A DNA stretch of 63,972 bases, counting the filler, from Octopus bimaculoides (lineage: Eukaryota), in the NCBI RefSeq assembly GCF_001194135.2. It is 6 parts of 6 records of this genome, joined end to end, with 100 filler letters (N's around TTAATTAATTAA, not from the genome) between each part and the next. Parts side by side here need not be neighbours in the genome. Positions count along the whole stretch, not along the records: positions 23,026 to 41,489 come from NC_068985.1; positions 41,590 to 58,040 come from NW_026412986.1; 4 more parts are not named here. One strand, written 5' to 3'. Position 1 is the stretch's first letter. Each line of letters begins with the position of its first letter. Position numbers and translations under genes: made by a program. Positions 36,344-49,360 of this stretch are shown here, one piece after another. The notes beneath the pieces are model-generated. The model was not told where the DNA came from. It made no database searches and was given only the letters and a program-made list of their open reading frames with translations.

Positions 36344-36809
36344 CACACACATACATGTATATGCACACACATCCATACATAAAACATATACTACTTAAGT
36401 ATTGGATGCGATATAAGAAGACTTGGGGAATGCAAACAGGATTTCAATCGGAATGTAAAAAATTTAATCTTGATCACAAAAATTTGTTACTTTTGAGAAG
36501 AAACATTCATGACAGTAGATCTATTTTTCAAATACTTATTGGAAAATTCAATTATTACCACATGTTTGGTTTTATATTATTGATTAGCTTGACACAAAAT
36601 AAGTAAAAAAAAAAATCCCCCTAAAAACAGAAAAAAAAAACCAGAGAAAAATTAAAGACACTCACAGTTAAAAGAAAAGTAAATAGAATCAATACCAGAA
36701 TTGATTTTATATATTGTTGTTTTANNNNNNNNNNGAAGCAAAAAGGAAATAAATAAATATGTATGTACGTACGTAAATATGTGTATATATGTGTATGTGA
36801 ATGTATGTG

Positions 36810-36857
<48 letters not shown>

Positions 36858-39800
36858 CACACAAATGCATAATTATATATATATAAATACACACAGACAC
36901 ACATTTATGTGCGCTTGTTTGTATATATACATATATGTATATGTATAGCTATGTTTATACATATGTGTATATATTTGTGTAACATATATGTGTGTAAGTA
37001 TATGAATGTGTGTGTGTGTGTGTGTGTGTGCACGTGCATGTGTAAGTCAATTCTTTTTCTTTTCTATTTACTATCAGAATCTATGAATGTAAATAAAATT
37101 TGTTGAATAGCTAAAGAAAAAAAAAGAAAAAAGAGAAGAGAAAAAAAATTAAATTATCCGCTGATGAATCACATGAAATTAGTTCCAGCTTGCAAAGGTA
37201 GTACTTAATGATATACAATAGTTTCCAGATAATTTATGGCTTTACCAGGAAATCTATTGTGGAAAACAAATAATAGGAAATCAAATGAGAATTAGAAAAG
37301 AACATTTCTTACAGATTATTACAGGTTTTAAAAATTTCATGGATCAACAACTTTATAAACCATATTTTCAGTGAGCATTCTTTATCTGAGTCTGTGATAT
37401 TCTCAATATTGTTGTTGTCTTTAATGTGTTATTCTCAATTAGGAAACATCTTTTAAATTAGGTTTCCTTGTTCCACTCCCAAACCATAACCGAATCTTTA
37501 GTGCCATGGTTTTGCAATTATTTCTTTTTTCCCCATTAATGTTTATTTTATTTTTCTTTTCTTCCAAAATTGATACTGTGTATTTTGATTTAACATTCAT
37601 ATATTTCCTAAATAATAGCTCCTATATTTTTTCAGCAAGAAATATGTATAAAACTCGAAGTTTTGTTCTATAAAATCAGTTAGCAATTGAGTTAGAGAGA
37701 AGTTAGCATGTAGCCTATCCTTTTATGTAGTTAGCATTCAAACAAGTTTACTTGCTTCATTTTCCAGTGTTTATTATTTCAATGATAACCAGCATAAAAA
37801 TCAATACTTTTTTTTTATATATACCACTTACTATCAATTATATTGTGTACATTTAGGTATACAATTATACCATTATGCACTTGATACACTGTCTTTTTTT
37901 TTTCCTTTTGCTAGTTTGCCTATCGTAAAGATAGTGAAATTATATTATTTTCAGTCGTAGGTTCTTCATTTTGTAATTGTTGAACTGGCTAATCCTTGAT
38001 TTGCACCTCTTCCAACCATCAGGTTGATGAATGACTCCTGGTGATTTCTCTGGCAAGTGTTCACCACTGTCTTCAGTTATGAACAGCTCTCAGCAGATGC
38101 AGAATAGAATGATTGCCCATCCACTGTTTTGCTTCATTAGCTTACTGCCAACTGAACTCCTAAGGTAATGTTTGTCAGGACTAGTTTGGCAAATGAGGAT
38201 AGAATCACACGAAGCTGATTCTGTGATGTCTATATGTTCCTGGACTTTACATGCTCATGAATATTTCTGGATTTCACATAATGCAGTGATTCTTAGCACA
38301 ACACCCACAAGATGGTGTGAAGTTATAGAAGCACCTTAGGTGAGTTGTGAGCTCACAAGGGAGCACTATAAAGGATACTAGGTATTTAGAGGGGTTGCAA
38401 TTATTCTTACACGTAGAATACTTAAATTAGGTACAAAATTTATATTTTAAACACATTCAAAATAAAATAATTGTTAAGATAAGAATGTGAATGCGTCAGA
38501 AATTGTGTTATCTGTGCCTGTTGCACCAAGATCCAATATAATTTCATTATATAAGTCCTTACCTTTTTTACTAATTTCCATAAAAGTTTTATCATAGGTG
38601 GTACTAGCTCATGCAAATATCTAAAACAGGGGTACATGATTGATAGAATGAAAATATGGATAATGAACCACTGCACAAAATTAACTTCTGTTTGATTAAA
38701 ATAAATTGCTTTGTATTTATTATTACCTTGTAAAACCATGTGGAAGGGGCATTTAAGTGATAAGATAAGATTAAGAACCACTACAAATGAATGCATAACC
38801 AAAGTTCATGCCTGCAGACTACTATTTATATTAATCTTTGTTTTAAATTTATGACTACTTGCATATGTATTCTTAACATGTCTCAGCAAGTTCAGCTGTG
38901 AAATATATGCTGGCTGCTGAAGAGTTCCTCATAGGAGAAAAGCTTCTCCTTTTTATGATAACAGTGTGTTCAACACATTCAGTTCATTGGCACATGACAT
39001 TTTGGGACACTGGTGTTTCAACATGTTGGGTCTCATCATCCAGAAGCAGCTGAAACTTTGAGCCTATATAGAGATGCTACCTTTGTTTATACTTTTAGTG
39101 AACAGTTTTCTTCAAATATGTTTATAATTATCAAGTTAATTATTTCCACCTGATATTTCATACCTTGCAAAAAACAAACAAACCAATATGCAAGTTATTA
39201 ATGTTACCACCAAAATGGCTAGAAATATCAAAGTACAACGAAAATAAAGAAAAGCAATAGTCAATTGTTAAGACTGAAAGTAAAGAGAAAGTGAAGTGAG
39301 TGCCTTATGACTAACTTGTCCAAACGATACAGCATGGAAAATGGACTTTAAAATGATGCCACCTCAGCTGATGCTTTTGCTATTGATGTTGTTACTGCTG
39401 CTGCAGCTGATGGTAATAGATTTGAATATTTTTTATTGTCTTAATGTAGAAATGAGATAAGTTGATTATTCAAGTTATTATGGGCAAGCATATAGTAAAT
39501 AATAAATAATTATAATAAGGAAAGGTATACAAAATAAAATCTTTAGTTTATCATATTATATCCTTAGTGTTATTACTATCCAAACATGATTTTATGTTGC
39601 GTTATCCAGTTATGACCAACACTTGTTGACACAATTGTCAATATAATCAAATTAAAATAAAGTTGAAATTAAAAACAGATATTAAAACTAAATCAAAATA
39701 GCTCATCCTTTGTCATCATATTCAACAACTTTATTTTATTATTAATTGGAGTATTACTTTTTCTTCGCTCCTAACCTTATGATTATTTTGTATTATGTAA

Positions 39801-41211
39801 TGGCTAAATGTTCGAGAAAATTTATGGTTACATTGAATAACAATTTCATTTGTTTAATGATAAATTGCAATCAGCTATTAAGATCTCAAGTGCTTTTTTG
39901 TATACATAGAAGACAATCCTTCCTGTCCTCTTTGTATATTAACAGAACTTAAGATAGACCATACCCGGTTATAATCTATTCCTTTAAATTTTAGACTGAA
40001 TATATTCAACCATAGAGATTGAGTTCTTAAGTTTTACATTAGAGAAGGAATAATAGTATATCTATATACATAGAACAGAGTTTGTGTGTGTGTGTCTGTG
40101 TGTGGTGCGTATGTTCCTTATGGATTCAAAAACTGAATTACTGATTTTGACGTATGAGGTATCAAAAAATTCAGTAATCTTTCAGCTACCAAATGAAGTA
40201 TGTTTTTTGCACAACTATTTTTTACTACAAAAATAACTTTGAAAATGAGTTCAGGTCGCACAATTTTGAAGTCATTTTCAGGTACTATTTGGATTTGCTT
40301 CTAATCTACGTTGTCAATTTTAATGTTTTTGGTGTCAAAAAATGCAGCAATGTAAAAGGTGTGTTATGAGTGGATTTGTGATGCACAAAAACCCTATTTA
40401 TCAAGAGAAAATGACCAAATAATATGCATTTTTGGAATAATTATTGGCACATTTTCCATCAGTAATGGCTTTTGTGCCACAACTAAACTGTCAATGTGAA
40501 CATCTTCAGTATTCCATGATTAATCGATGTCTTTGAAGTATTGTGATACCATATCTTTGCACAAAGTCCTATTTTTCAACAGAAAATTGACGAATGAACT
40601 GTGCTCTGGCATAATTGTTATCGCTACCGGAAACAATTTGTCCATGTAGATTTTCTTGATAGCAAACGATTCAGGAATGCCAAAGGAGTATTCTCAGGTC
40701 TAAATTCGATAAAATTTCATCAAGAATTAAGCACAGTAAGAGCTTCTATTCGTTCAAGTGTGGTAAAGACGTGAAGCAAAAACTAAAACCTTTCAAGCTT
40801 TTTTGCTTTTAATATTTTTGTCTTTATTCAACTCAATTTATACAAAGTTGCTTATTGTTATTAGTATTTATTCATGCCTATTATTTATTCCATAGGCTAC
40901 AAAGTTCATAAGGATTTTTTTACAATCTCCCTATTTTTCACAGTGGTTGACCGTGTACTATAACGCAGGTGGTGCGATGGAAAACAAATTTCTGACCTGA
41001 TAACTTCAATAAAGACAACAACACCACGCATCTATGTGAAGGCAAATTAAGGTTGCATGCACGCATGTGTCTACCCACAGTGTGTGTCCCTTCATTGTTC
41101 AGGATGCACACTGTATTCAGTGATTGGTACAATTTCAAATCAACGGTCCAGACAATGCTGGAGTGCATTGTGTGTGGTGCATAAGTTCTGCTTGAACTTG
41201 AAAATTGAGTG

Positions 41212-41239
<28 letters not shown>

Positions 41240-41244
<5 letters not shown>

Positions 41245-41410
41245 GAGAATGTACGAAAAAAGAACAACAACAGACGAGGACAGGTGGTGTAAACAACAAA
41301 AGGATGTATTAGTTTGACACTCGGGAATACAGAAAGTCTTTAACGTTTCGAGCTACGCTCTTCAACAGAAAGAATACGGAGCCAACAAGGAGAAAAACAC
41401 GGAGGAAAAA
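41240..41410 (-). mobile_element. Penelope-like terminal fragment with variant hammerhead fold (41337-41373)
   Basis: Minus strand UCUUU-CUGUUGA-A-GAGC-GUA-GCUC-GAAA-CG-UU-AAAGA; same family as 3700-3905; (TA)n on both flanks. Confidence 0.65.
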
Positions 41411-41489
41411 AAAAATATATATATATATATAAGTCAGTAAATAGTGGGGTTGTGTTAACCGCACGTGGAGAAATAATAGGAAAATTAAA

Positions 41490-41589
41490 NNNNNNNNNNN
41501 NNNNNNNNNNNNNNNNNNNNNNNNNNNNNNNNNTTAATTAATTAANNNNNNNNNNNNNNNNNNNNNNNNNNNNNNNNNNNNNNNNNNNN
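41490..41589. other. Artificial scaffold spacer N44-TTAATTAATTAA-N44
   Basis: Identical 100-bp construct. Confidence 0.95.
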
Positions 41590-42339
41590 CTTGTATGTGT
41601 GTGTATTGGGCAACCATGGAGAAATGGCTGGCTGATAATGATGGTGTTGTAAATATCAATAAACTGTATATGTCTATTTTGTGAACATCCACATTAACAG
41701 GCTGTCTTCTCTCTGATCAATATGTCCTTGTTTGCATTTCAGTTTTACAATAAAGGATCCACAGATGAAATGCTTCACTATTATTACCATAGCATTAATC
41801 AGATTAGAGATGAAACCTTTCCTGGACCGAACACGTACAAGTAGAACAGAACTCACCATTGATAGCTTTTGAAGCATGTAGCAATTTCATAATACTCCCA
41901 TTGCTTATAGTAGCAAATCATAATAACTTCTTACATTAGTACAAGGATATAAATAAGTGGAAAAGTGAAGCACTTGAGTTGACCCACCTGCTATATTCCT
42001 TGAATTAAACATATTTACACTTAACTGTTGTCTCATCATCATCATTATCATTTAATGACTGTTGTCCATGCTGGTATGGGTTGGATGGTTTGACAAGGAC
42101 CTGGTCAGCAGGGAGCTGTCCAGACTCCAACTGTCAATTGTGACATGGTTTCTATGGTTGGATGCCTTTCCTAACACCAACCACTTTACAGCATGCTGGG
42201 TGCTTTTTATGTGCCACTGGCATGATGCATTTATGTAGCACTGGCACAGGTGTGTTAATGCATCACCTCTGCATATTTATTCTTTAAATTATTCTATATT
42301 CTCACACAAAACAATGTACAATCTTTTACACTTGTTTAA

Positions 42340-42555
42340 CCCTTTAGCATTTAAACTGGCCATACCCAACCATGATCTTCTACTTGTTTTATATTCAAAC
42401 TGTCCAGATCCAGCCTTTTGCTCCAACCTACAATGTCATTCTGAAAATGAATAATCATATCCTCAAAATCTCAAAGCTACAAGATAATGCTGGGTTAATT
42501 CTAAATGTGACTAAACAAACGTTATATTTGATACAATAATCTAAATGCTAAAGGA
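42340..42555. mobile_element. Complete TTAA-flanked MITE (piggyBac-type ends, 216 bp)
   Basis: TTAA|CCCTTTAGCATTTA ... TAAATGCTAAAGGA|TTAA. Partial copies lie at 7079, 17129, 18830 and 21425. Confidence 0.8.
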
Positions 42556-43489
42556 TTAATGATTCTCCCATCATTGCAGTGAAGTTTATATTTTGTTAAA
42601 GAGGTTACAATAACATTCAAACATGTTCAGTTCGTCTCTATCTTTTACTGACTGAAATTATTAAAACAGTATCAGCTAATGATTACTATAGGTTCTTTTT
42701 TTTTCCTCCTCATAATTATTTATAATTAACTTTTTAATACTCTTTACATTAAATATGCTAACATTAACTTAACCATCTATCTGTCTCACCACATAATTAT
42801 TTCTCATTAAATTTTTAATTGTTCATCTTTTATCTTTTATTTGTTTCAGTCATGAGACTGTGGCCATGCTGGGGCCCCGCCTTGAAGAACTCTTAGTCAG
42901 CTGAATCGACCCCAGGACTTTTTTTTGCAAGCCTGATACTTATTCTATCAATATCTTTTGGTGAACCTCTAGATTATGGAGACAGACACCAATACTAGTT
43001 TCCAAGTGGTGGTGGAGGACAAACACAGGGACAAAGACATGCACACACACACACACACACACACACATTAGCAAATAAATAAATAACAAACAATAGATGA
43101 ATGTCAGTTCATTACAGCTGTTTCTAACACATAATTCGATAGATTAATTACATCATAGCAAAAAACTGTTTTCATCAGATGATGCATAGAATTTCAAACA
43201 ACAGCAGAACAATTCATGAACACAGTAGGAACACATCTAGACTCCAACCCAAGCTGGAATGTAGTCTTTTTTTGCTATGATGTAATGTACTCATTCATCT
43301 ATTTAAAAAAATGCATTAGAAACAGTTGTAATGAACTAACAATCATTTATTGTTTCTTATTTATCTATTTGTTTATAAAACACCAAAAGGGATTCCCAAT
43401 CTGTCAGACATCCTGGAGTATGCCAAACACCGTACGACCAATACAACATGCACTTTGGACCAGTCCCAAGGCATTAAATACTCGTAAGG

Positions 43490-44160
43490 GTTAAATTCTC
43501 GGTATGCATAACTTGAATTTGGCATGATTTCTACGGTTGAATGCCCTTCCAAATGCCAACCACTCCGAGAGTGTAATGGGTGCTTTTACGTGCCACCAGC
43601 ACAGGTGCCAGTTGCATGACACCAGAATCTGCTATGACTACAAATTCACTCGGCTTGATGAGTCTTCTACTCAAACACATATTACCAAAGGTCTCAATCA
43701 TTTGCCATTGCTTCCATGAGGCCCAATGCTCAAAAGGTGCTTTTTATGTGCCACCAGCATGGATGCTAGTTACACGACACTGGCATCAGCCATATTGCCT
43801 CTGTGAGACCCAATGCTTGAAAGGTGCCTTTTATGTGCCACCAGCTAGCACATGTGTGCTAGTTATGTGACACTGGCATTAGCTACATTGCCTCCATGAG
43901 GCTCAATGCTCGAAAGGTGCTTTTTATGTGCCACCAGTTAGCACATGGGTGCTAGTTATGCAACACTTCTCCTGTGAGACCCAATGCTTAAAAGATGTCT
44001 TTTATGTGCCACCAGCTAACACACGGGTGCTAGTTATGAAACACTGGCATCAGCCACATTGCCTCTGTGAGGCTCAATGCTTGAAAGGTGCTATCTATGT
44101 GCTACCAGCATGGGTGCCAGTTACATGACACCATCAGTCACGACTATGATTTCACTTACA
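43490..44160 (-). mobile_element. SINE family D with an internal tandem array of ~78-93-bp units
   Basis: Units start GAG(G/A)C(C/T)CAATGCT at 43718, 43805, 43898, 43976 and 44069. Confidence 0.7.
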
Positions 44161-45176
44161 ATTCTGAGTTCAAATACAGTCAAGATCAAATTTGACTTTC
44201 ATCCCTCCAGGGTACATGAAATAAAGAACCAGTCTATAGAAGTGACTATTTCTTGCTGTCTCAACTGCAAAGTTCAGTTCTAATGCCTAAGTTAAATTAC
44301 TACAGCAACTTCTGATTCTTTTTATTCATTCATATATTTTTCTTCAATGATTCAATCCTTAGTATTATTCCATTTTATTAATTTTGTTTCACAGAATGTT
44401 GCCAGGGAGAAACAAAGGGAAATCAGATAACATAGGTACTAACTGTGATAACAACAGAAACGACAGGGTAACAACATCAGTGATGACAATAACAAGAACA
44501 GTGAAACAAGTGTAACAGTAACAATAACCATAGTAACAACAACAACAACAACCATGACATTAGTAACAGAAACAACAATGAAATAACAACATCATCAACA
44601 ACAACATCAACAACAGTAGCAACAACAATATAAATAATTCATTTAGAATTTATTGTGCTTTTCTCACCAGACTGAAATTGTCAGGATTTACAAAACTGGA
44701 GATTTAAATGGTTCACTTGAGACAGACAAAGGAAATGAGTGGAGGGTTATGGGGGATTGGAGTTTTAATTATGGTGGTGGTGGTGGCAGCGGTGGTGTTG
44801 AGGGTTACTGGTTGTGATGGTAGTGGTGGTGAGGGATTGCTCTGATGGTGTAGGTGGTATGGGTGGTGGTGGTGGTGGTAAGTGTAGTTTAGTTGCTGCT
44901 TGGGGGAAGGCTAAATGGAAGAAGTTTAAAACTTCAGTCTCAGATATCAACTGTTAGAGTGATATCAACTTACAAATTACCTAACCCACCCCCTCTCTCT
45001 CTCCCTCACACCCATTCTCACTCTTTCTCACCCATTCTCTTTCTAACCCACTCTTTTTCTCACCCATTCTCTTTCCCATCCATTTTCTCTCTCTCCCTTG
45101 CACATTCACTTTCTCTCCTTGTCACTCATTCTCCCTCTCTCTGTTTCACCCATTCTCTCTCCCTCAAACACACACA

Positions 45177-45211
<35 letters not shown>

Positions 45212-45789
45212 AACGTTCACCAAAACCTTTCACTAACACCACCATGGACATCCTCCTCCTCCTCATCATCATCATCACCATTGCCACATCTGACATCATC
45301 ACCCTAACATCCATCATCACCCTCACATCCATCATCATCATCACCACTAGTCCATCCATTACCCTACCTTATTAATTTCATTGTTAACATCACTGTGGGC
45401 ACTACCAGTATCATGATGATGATGATGATTGTCATCATCATCACAATCACTGACACCATCAACATCTTCATCAACTACACAAGACAACAAGGGAACCTCT
45501 ATGTGGTCACACAATCTCCAAGAAACAGCAACAAGATCCCCTCAAAGCACACCCCTCTGTCTTTAAAAAAGGCATGTTGAATAAAAAAAGTCCTGTTGTG
45601 TTCGTTATGCATGGAAAAATGAGGGACAATCATGGCTAGAATACCTTTGACCATATGTTAGTTCAATCAAGGCTGACCACTGATCAAGCACCGCCAACAA
45701 TAATATCAGTAAGAACAAGAGCATTCAGAAAGCACAAACCTCCACCAAGACAATACCACCATTCTCTCAACGATTAGTCAGAGATGATT

Positions 45790-46085
45790 TTTAAAATGAG
45801 AATATCTAAAATAAACTCAACTGCTCTCACAAACGAGAATACTAAAAATGAAACCTCACTGCTCTCATAAATTAAGTAAAAAAAAAAAACGGAAAAATAA
45901 TCCAGAATCCTTGTCCGGTAACGGATCAATCCTAAAATCTAATCAGCTTGTGCCAGTCATGAGGCCAAACATACCTGAAAGTTTCATTCAAATCCATCCT
46001 GTGGTTCTTGAGATATCTTGTCCAGGGACAAACAAACAAACACAACTGAAAACAATACCTCTGCTTTAGCGAAGGCAGAGGTAAT
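45790..46085 (-). mobile_element. HINE/DINE-1-like (Helentron-associated) non-autonomous element; partial second copy at 46616-46758
   Basis: Subterminal hairpin ACCTCTGC/GCAGAGGT (46057-46082), a (TTTG)n microsatellite and a GATATCTCAAGAACCACAGGATGGATTTGAATGAAAC core typical of this class. Confidence 0.65.
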
Positions 46086-46295
46086 GAGGAAAAATCTTAC
46101 AAAATCCATTATAGAAAATATGAATGAATTTAATGTAGAATGGGAACAAAAACTAAGGAGATTAAGGTACTGGACAAATAGTCATTTGACTATGAATTCA
46201 AATTTCACTACTAATATTGTGTTATGTTCCTGAGCAAAAGCTCATAGCATTTCTTGTTCAGTTTACTAAACTCAATAAGAAATCAGATCCAACTA

Positions 46296-46341
<46 letters not shown>

Positions 46342-47941
46342 CTCTCACACACATATATGTGCATACAGAAAGAGAGAGAGAGAGATAAAGTCAACAGGTG
46401 AAATCCAGAGATGCTCAATATAGAAAACACGTGCTGAATGCTCATCTCCTGGATATTTTCAGCTTTTGTTTCTCTCTCTAAATATAAATCCCCAAATATA
46501 TTTACATGTGTATATATATATATATATGAATGCATGTATATTTTATATATCAGGCCCAAGCGTGTTTAGGTGTTTAGTTGTTTAATTGCATCTCTCTCTC
46601 TCTCTCTCTCTCTCTAAATCAGAATATCTGAAATAAACTTGACTGCTCTCACATATGAGAATACTAAAAATGAACCTGACCATTCTCAAAAATTACATAA
46701 AAGAGCCGGAAAAATAATCCAGAATCTTTGTCTGGTGCCGGATCAATCCCAAAATCTACATATGACAAAAAATATATATATATGACAAAAATACAAATAG
46801 AGAAAATCACATCTTTAATTATTGAATTCACCATACAAAGCTGACAATTGCTTTTGTTGTATCGACATATTTAAATACAGAAAATATCATTGAAATTTAT
46901 ACATCTGAAAATGCATGTTAATGTTAACAATGTTCTCGAGCTGATCCAAAATTAGTTAAATTCAAAGGGAACTAAAAAAAATATCTCAAGTAGTCAAACA
47001 CATACAAAAATGAATATTAAGAAGAAATATAATCGAAGAAAAGCTATTGTTGTATTTCACTTTTGGTGACATCAGTGCATAATGAAAGAATAAAAAATAA
47101 GCATATGACTTCTACATTAGGACAATTAGAAACAGAGATTCTGCATCATGACAATTAGTTATCTATTTATCAAATGTACTAAATATTTTTAGAAAAATTA
47201 TGTTGATTATATAATATATGAAATGCTTTCTGAAATTTGTGAGAACATTTCTTTGCGAAATTACCTTTAAAATTTAATAATATTAAGTAGTTATAATACA
47301 TTTCTTAAGGCAAAGATCACATGCAGAATTGCCAATATTGTATGATGGTGTGTAACTAATAATGGACCACTTTAAATCATACTTAATGTTCCTGTCTTTT
47401 AAATCCCAAATGCATTTACTAAGATTTGTAGAATTACCTTTTTCCTATGCTTAAATGAATGAGAATGATTATGAAAACTAGATCTCCAAATTGTAATAAT
47501 ACTTATGATCTCCTGTTATTACCTTACATTGATACACTATATTTTTACAGTTACACAGGCATTTACTCGTATTTGGTACTGGTGGTTAAAAGAATTCTTA
47601 CAAGTCCTCTTCGCAGAATTAGGTGTTAAGGCAGGATCATTATCATTATAATCATTACAATTAATATTAAAATTAGGTATCAACTTAACTGTATTATCAG
47701 TGTCGGAATTACTTTTACTTAAAGAATTGAAATCTAGTTCAGGTAAATTATCATTAGAGTTACGATCACAATTCACACAATCGATTTAACTCTTGTTTGC
47801 AGATTTTTAGTTGCGATATTCCTTAATTCTCCAATTATGAGCTGCTATAATTGGTGCTTGATTGTTACATGTAATTAACCAAATTCATTTAAAACTGAGT
47901 GTTTTATTGCAACCGGCCTGGATTTTTTAAAATATCTTTTT

Positions 47942-47988
<47 letters not shown>

Positions 47989-48360
47989 TATGTATGTATG
48001 TATATCTTTTACTTGTTTCAGTCATTTGACTGTGGCCATGCTGGGGCACCATCTTAAAGAATTTTTAGTTGACGCCAGTACTTATTTTTTATAACCCAGG
48101 TTACTTATTCTATCAGTCGCTTTTGCCAGACTGCTAAGTTAGGCAGGCAGGCACATAGATAGATAGAGAGAGAGAGAGAGAGAGGGGGAGAGACAGACAG
48201 ACAGATGGATAGATAGATATTTGAAATTTCTGGTGAATTCAATTTGTAGATTAATTACATATCAAAACAGAAGAGTGAAAACATTTGCTATATTTTGAAA
48301 AGTAGATCAAATTTTTCTAGTCTTCTGTTTTGGTATACATCAAACCTGCTCACTGTTATC

Positions 48361-48662
48361 CCATGGATGGAAAAACACAATATGCAGCTAAACAAGAATT
48401 AATCTGAATTAATCCACTTTTGGTAAAGAGGCTGCACTCTTCCTTTGAACAAAAACCTCATGACATCAAATACTGCAACCTCAGAGTTGTTGACATCAAC
48501 TTAAGCTAGGATACCCATATAAACAACAAAGTCAACATGGCCTGCAGGGATTGCTTCCGGATCCTCAGGATTTTCAGTGAGGAAATGCTTCTAACATTAT
48601 CATTGTCTTCTCTACTTTCACTTGTCCTCACCTTGAATACTGTTGCCCCCTGTAGTTTCGTC
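48361..48662 (+). mobile_element. CR1/L2-type LINE RT relic
   Basis: Degenerate NNMQLNK...HINNKVNMAC...RILRIF...LV(R)PHLEYCCPL, i.e. the RPHLEYC motif of CR1-group reverse transcriptases. Confidence 0.65.
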
Positions 48663-49360
48663 CAGCATGCTAATGATTCCGCCAGCTTGCCACTTTTACT
48701 ATAATAATAATGACGATGATGTTTTCAAATTTTGGCACAAGACCACCAAGTTCAGGGGGTGGGGAGCAAAGTCAATTACATCAATTCCCAGTGCTCAACT
48801 GCTACTTTATTTTATAGACCCCAAAAGGATGAAAGACAAAGCTGACCTTGATGGAATTTGAACTCAGAATGTAATGAGAGCAAGAATAGTTGGAATACAA
48901 GCAACATCAATGATGATAATGACAAAATGATGTTAGGAGATATGACACTAGTAATAGAAGTAGAATGGATATAGGCAATAATGGGTGAAATGGAAGGGCT
49001 GGTATGCTTCCTGGTGATCTGAGAATCCCACATGCCAAGGCATAAAAATATTAAGTTAATGGGGAGGGGGGGGCAGCAAGGAATTATAAAATGAAAAGCT
49101 AAATTAATGGAAGAAACTAAAGTAGGTTTTTAATTATTTATTTAAGATGCTAATAGTAAAAGAACAGAGTTTAGAATGAAATAAAGTAAAATTAAAACAG
49201 ATTGAGAACAAACTCTTATAACAGCTGAAAGCAAATGATTAAAAACACAAATTAAATTATGAATAATAGTGTGAATAGGAAAGAAAGAATGCTTAATGAT
49301 TAGCTTGTTATTTACAAGGGTAGATATTAAAAGTCACTGTATTGGAAAGGTGAAGAATCA

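Noticed and set aside
37161-37185. CTGATGA...GAAA hammerhead core match
   Set aside because: Stem II is only 2 bp and stems I and III cannot form.
38917-38946. CTGAAGA-stem-GAAA-AGCTTC hammerhead-like match
   Set aside because: No stem I pairing and a 2-nt insertion before stem II; probably chance.
40085-40790. Possible decayed DNA-transposon coding relic on the minus strand
   Set aside because: Partly open frames but no diagnostic motif or termini that I could identify.
44395-44440. Plus-strand exon candidate (MLPGRNKGKSDNI) as the next kinesin exon
   Set aside because: The phase does not match the 30382 donor, there is no sequence similarity, and it lies beyond a scaffold join.
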